Of a stretch of 64,000 bases of DNA, positions 63,867 to 64,000 are shown one piece after another. The translations under genes and the position numbers were made by a program. The DNA is taken from positions 1,681 through 65,680 of the forward strand of contig JBAZUL010000006.1 in NCBI GenBank assembly GCA_041661405.1. Direction: 5' to 3'. Every line of letters starts with the position of its first letter. Positions within the stretch are counted from its first letter, which is position 1. The notes beneath the pieces were generated by a model. The model worked only from the letters and a program-made list of their open reading frames with translations. It was not told the origin of the DNA and searched no databases. This DNA is from Patescibacteria group bacterium (GTDB lineage: Bacteria > Patescibacteriota > Patescibacteriia > Patescibacteriales > JBAZCA01).

Positions 63867-64000
63867 ATGAAATTAAATCTATTCAATCGTTTGAGCCTGT
63901 TTATTTTATTCTCTTTATTTTTTAGTGTTATTTTAATTCTTATTATCGAAAAAACAAAATTTTCACATATAAATTTAGCGCCATTTGGCGGGTACAGCTG
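63867..64000 (+). CDS. Hypothetical membrane protein, 3' end outside window
   Basis: ATG 63867 opens a frame (MKLNLFNRLSLFILFSLFF...) that runs to the window edge. Confidence 0.25.
   Translation, partial: MKLNLFNRLSLFILFSLFFSVILILIIEKTKFSHINLAPFGGYS

Overview
The window reads as a Candidate Phyla Radiation (Patescibacteria)-like chromosome segment; that assignment is an inference from gene content and compact one-strand organisation. All credible genes but one (47781..48209) are on the + strand. TGA is used as a stop codon and an intact RF2 is present, so the standard bacterial code applies.

Core content:
- a giant Cys-rich surface protein that runs off the 5' edge, plus two thrombospondin-type-3-repeat membrane proteins
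- ybeY, dgkA, ftsA, ftsZ
- an NrdR-box-controlled nrdR-nrdD-nrdG operon, in which the NrdD glycyl-radical domain sits in a separate 48-codon ORF
- ogt, htrA, prfB, comEC
- a VirD4/TraD-like ATPase with a membrane partner, and pilT
- a VanZ-QueH fusion
- a pgk-eno-gpmI-gpmI glycolytic block
- mltG, an S8 protease with FG-GAP repeats, and envelope sugar genes

Two accessory regions stand out.
1. 12.6-18.7 kb is an AT-rich island wedged between ftsZ and the nrd promoter. It carries a zinc-ribbon protein, a Mrr-like PD-(D/E)xK protein interrupted at a G9 tract, a TM protein, a TcmP-like protein, an SPL-like radical-SAM protein with a CX3CX3C motif, a Pif1-type helicase and a PolB-exo-like nuclease. 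I flag it as the best candidate for an undescribed defence or DNA-modification system.
2. 53.9-64 kb is a mosaic cassette region. It has a reiterated junction repeat of about 65 bp, a truncated RhuM, a BRO-N-like ORF, and two paralogous secreted lipase-like genes. The two lipase genes share a ~97% identical promoter plus signal-peptide module. They differ there by a 20-bp GC palindrome indel.

GC-rich hairpin-forming insertions also sit in frame inside nrdG and eno. No rRNA, tRNA or CRISPR array was recognised.
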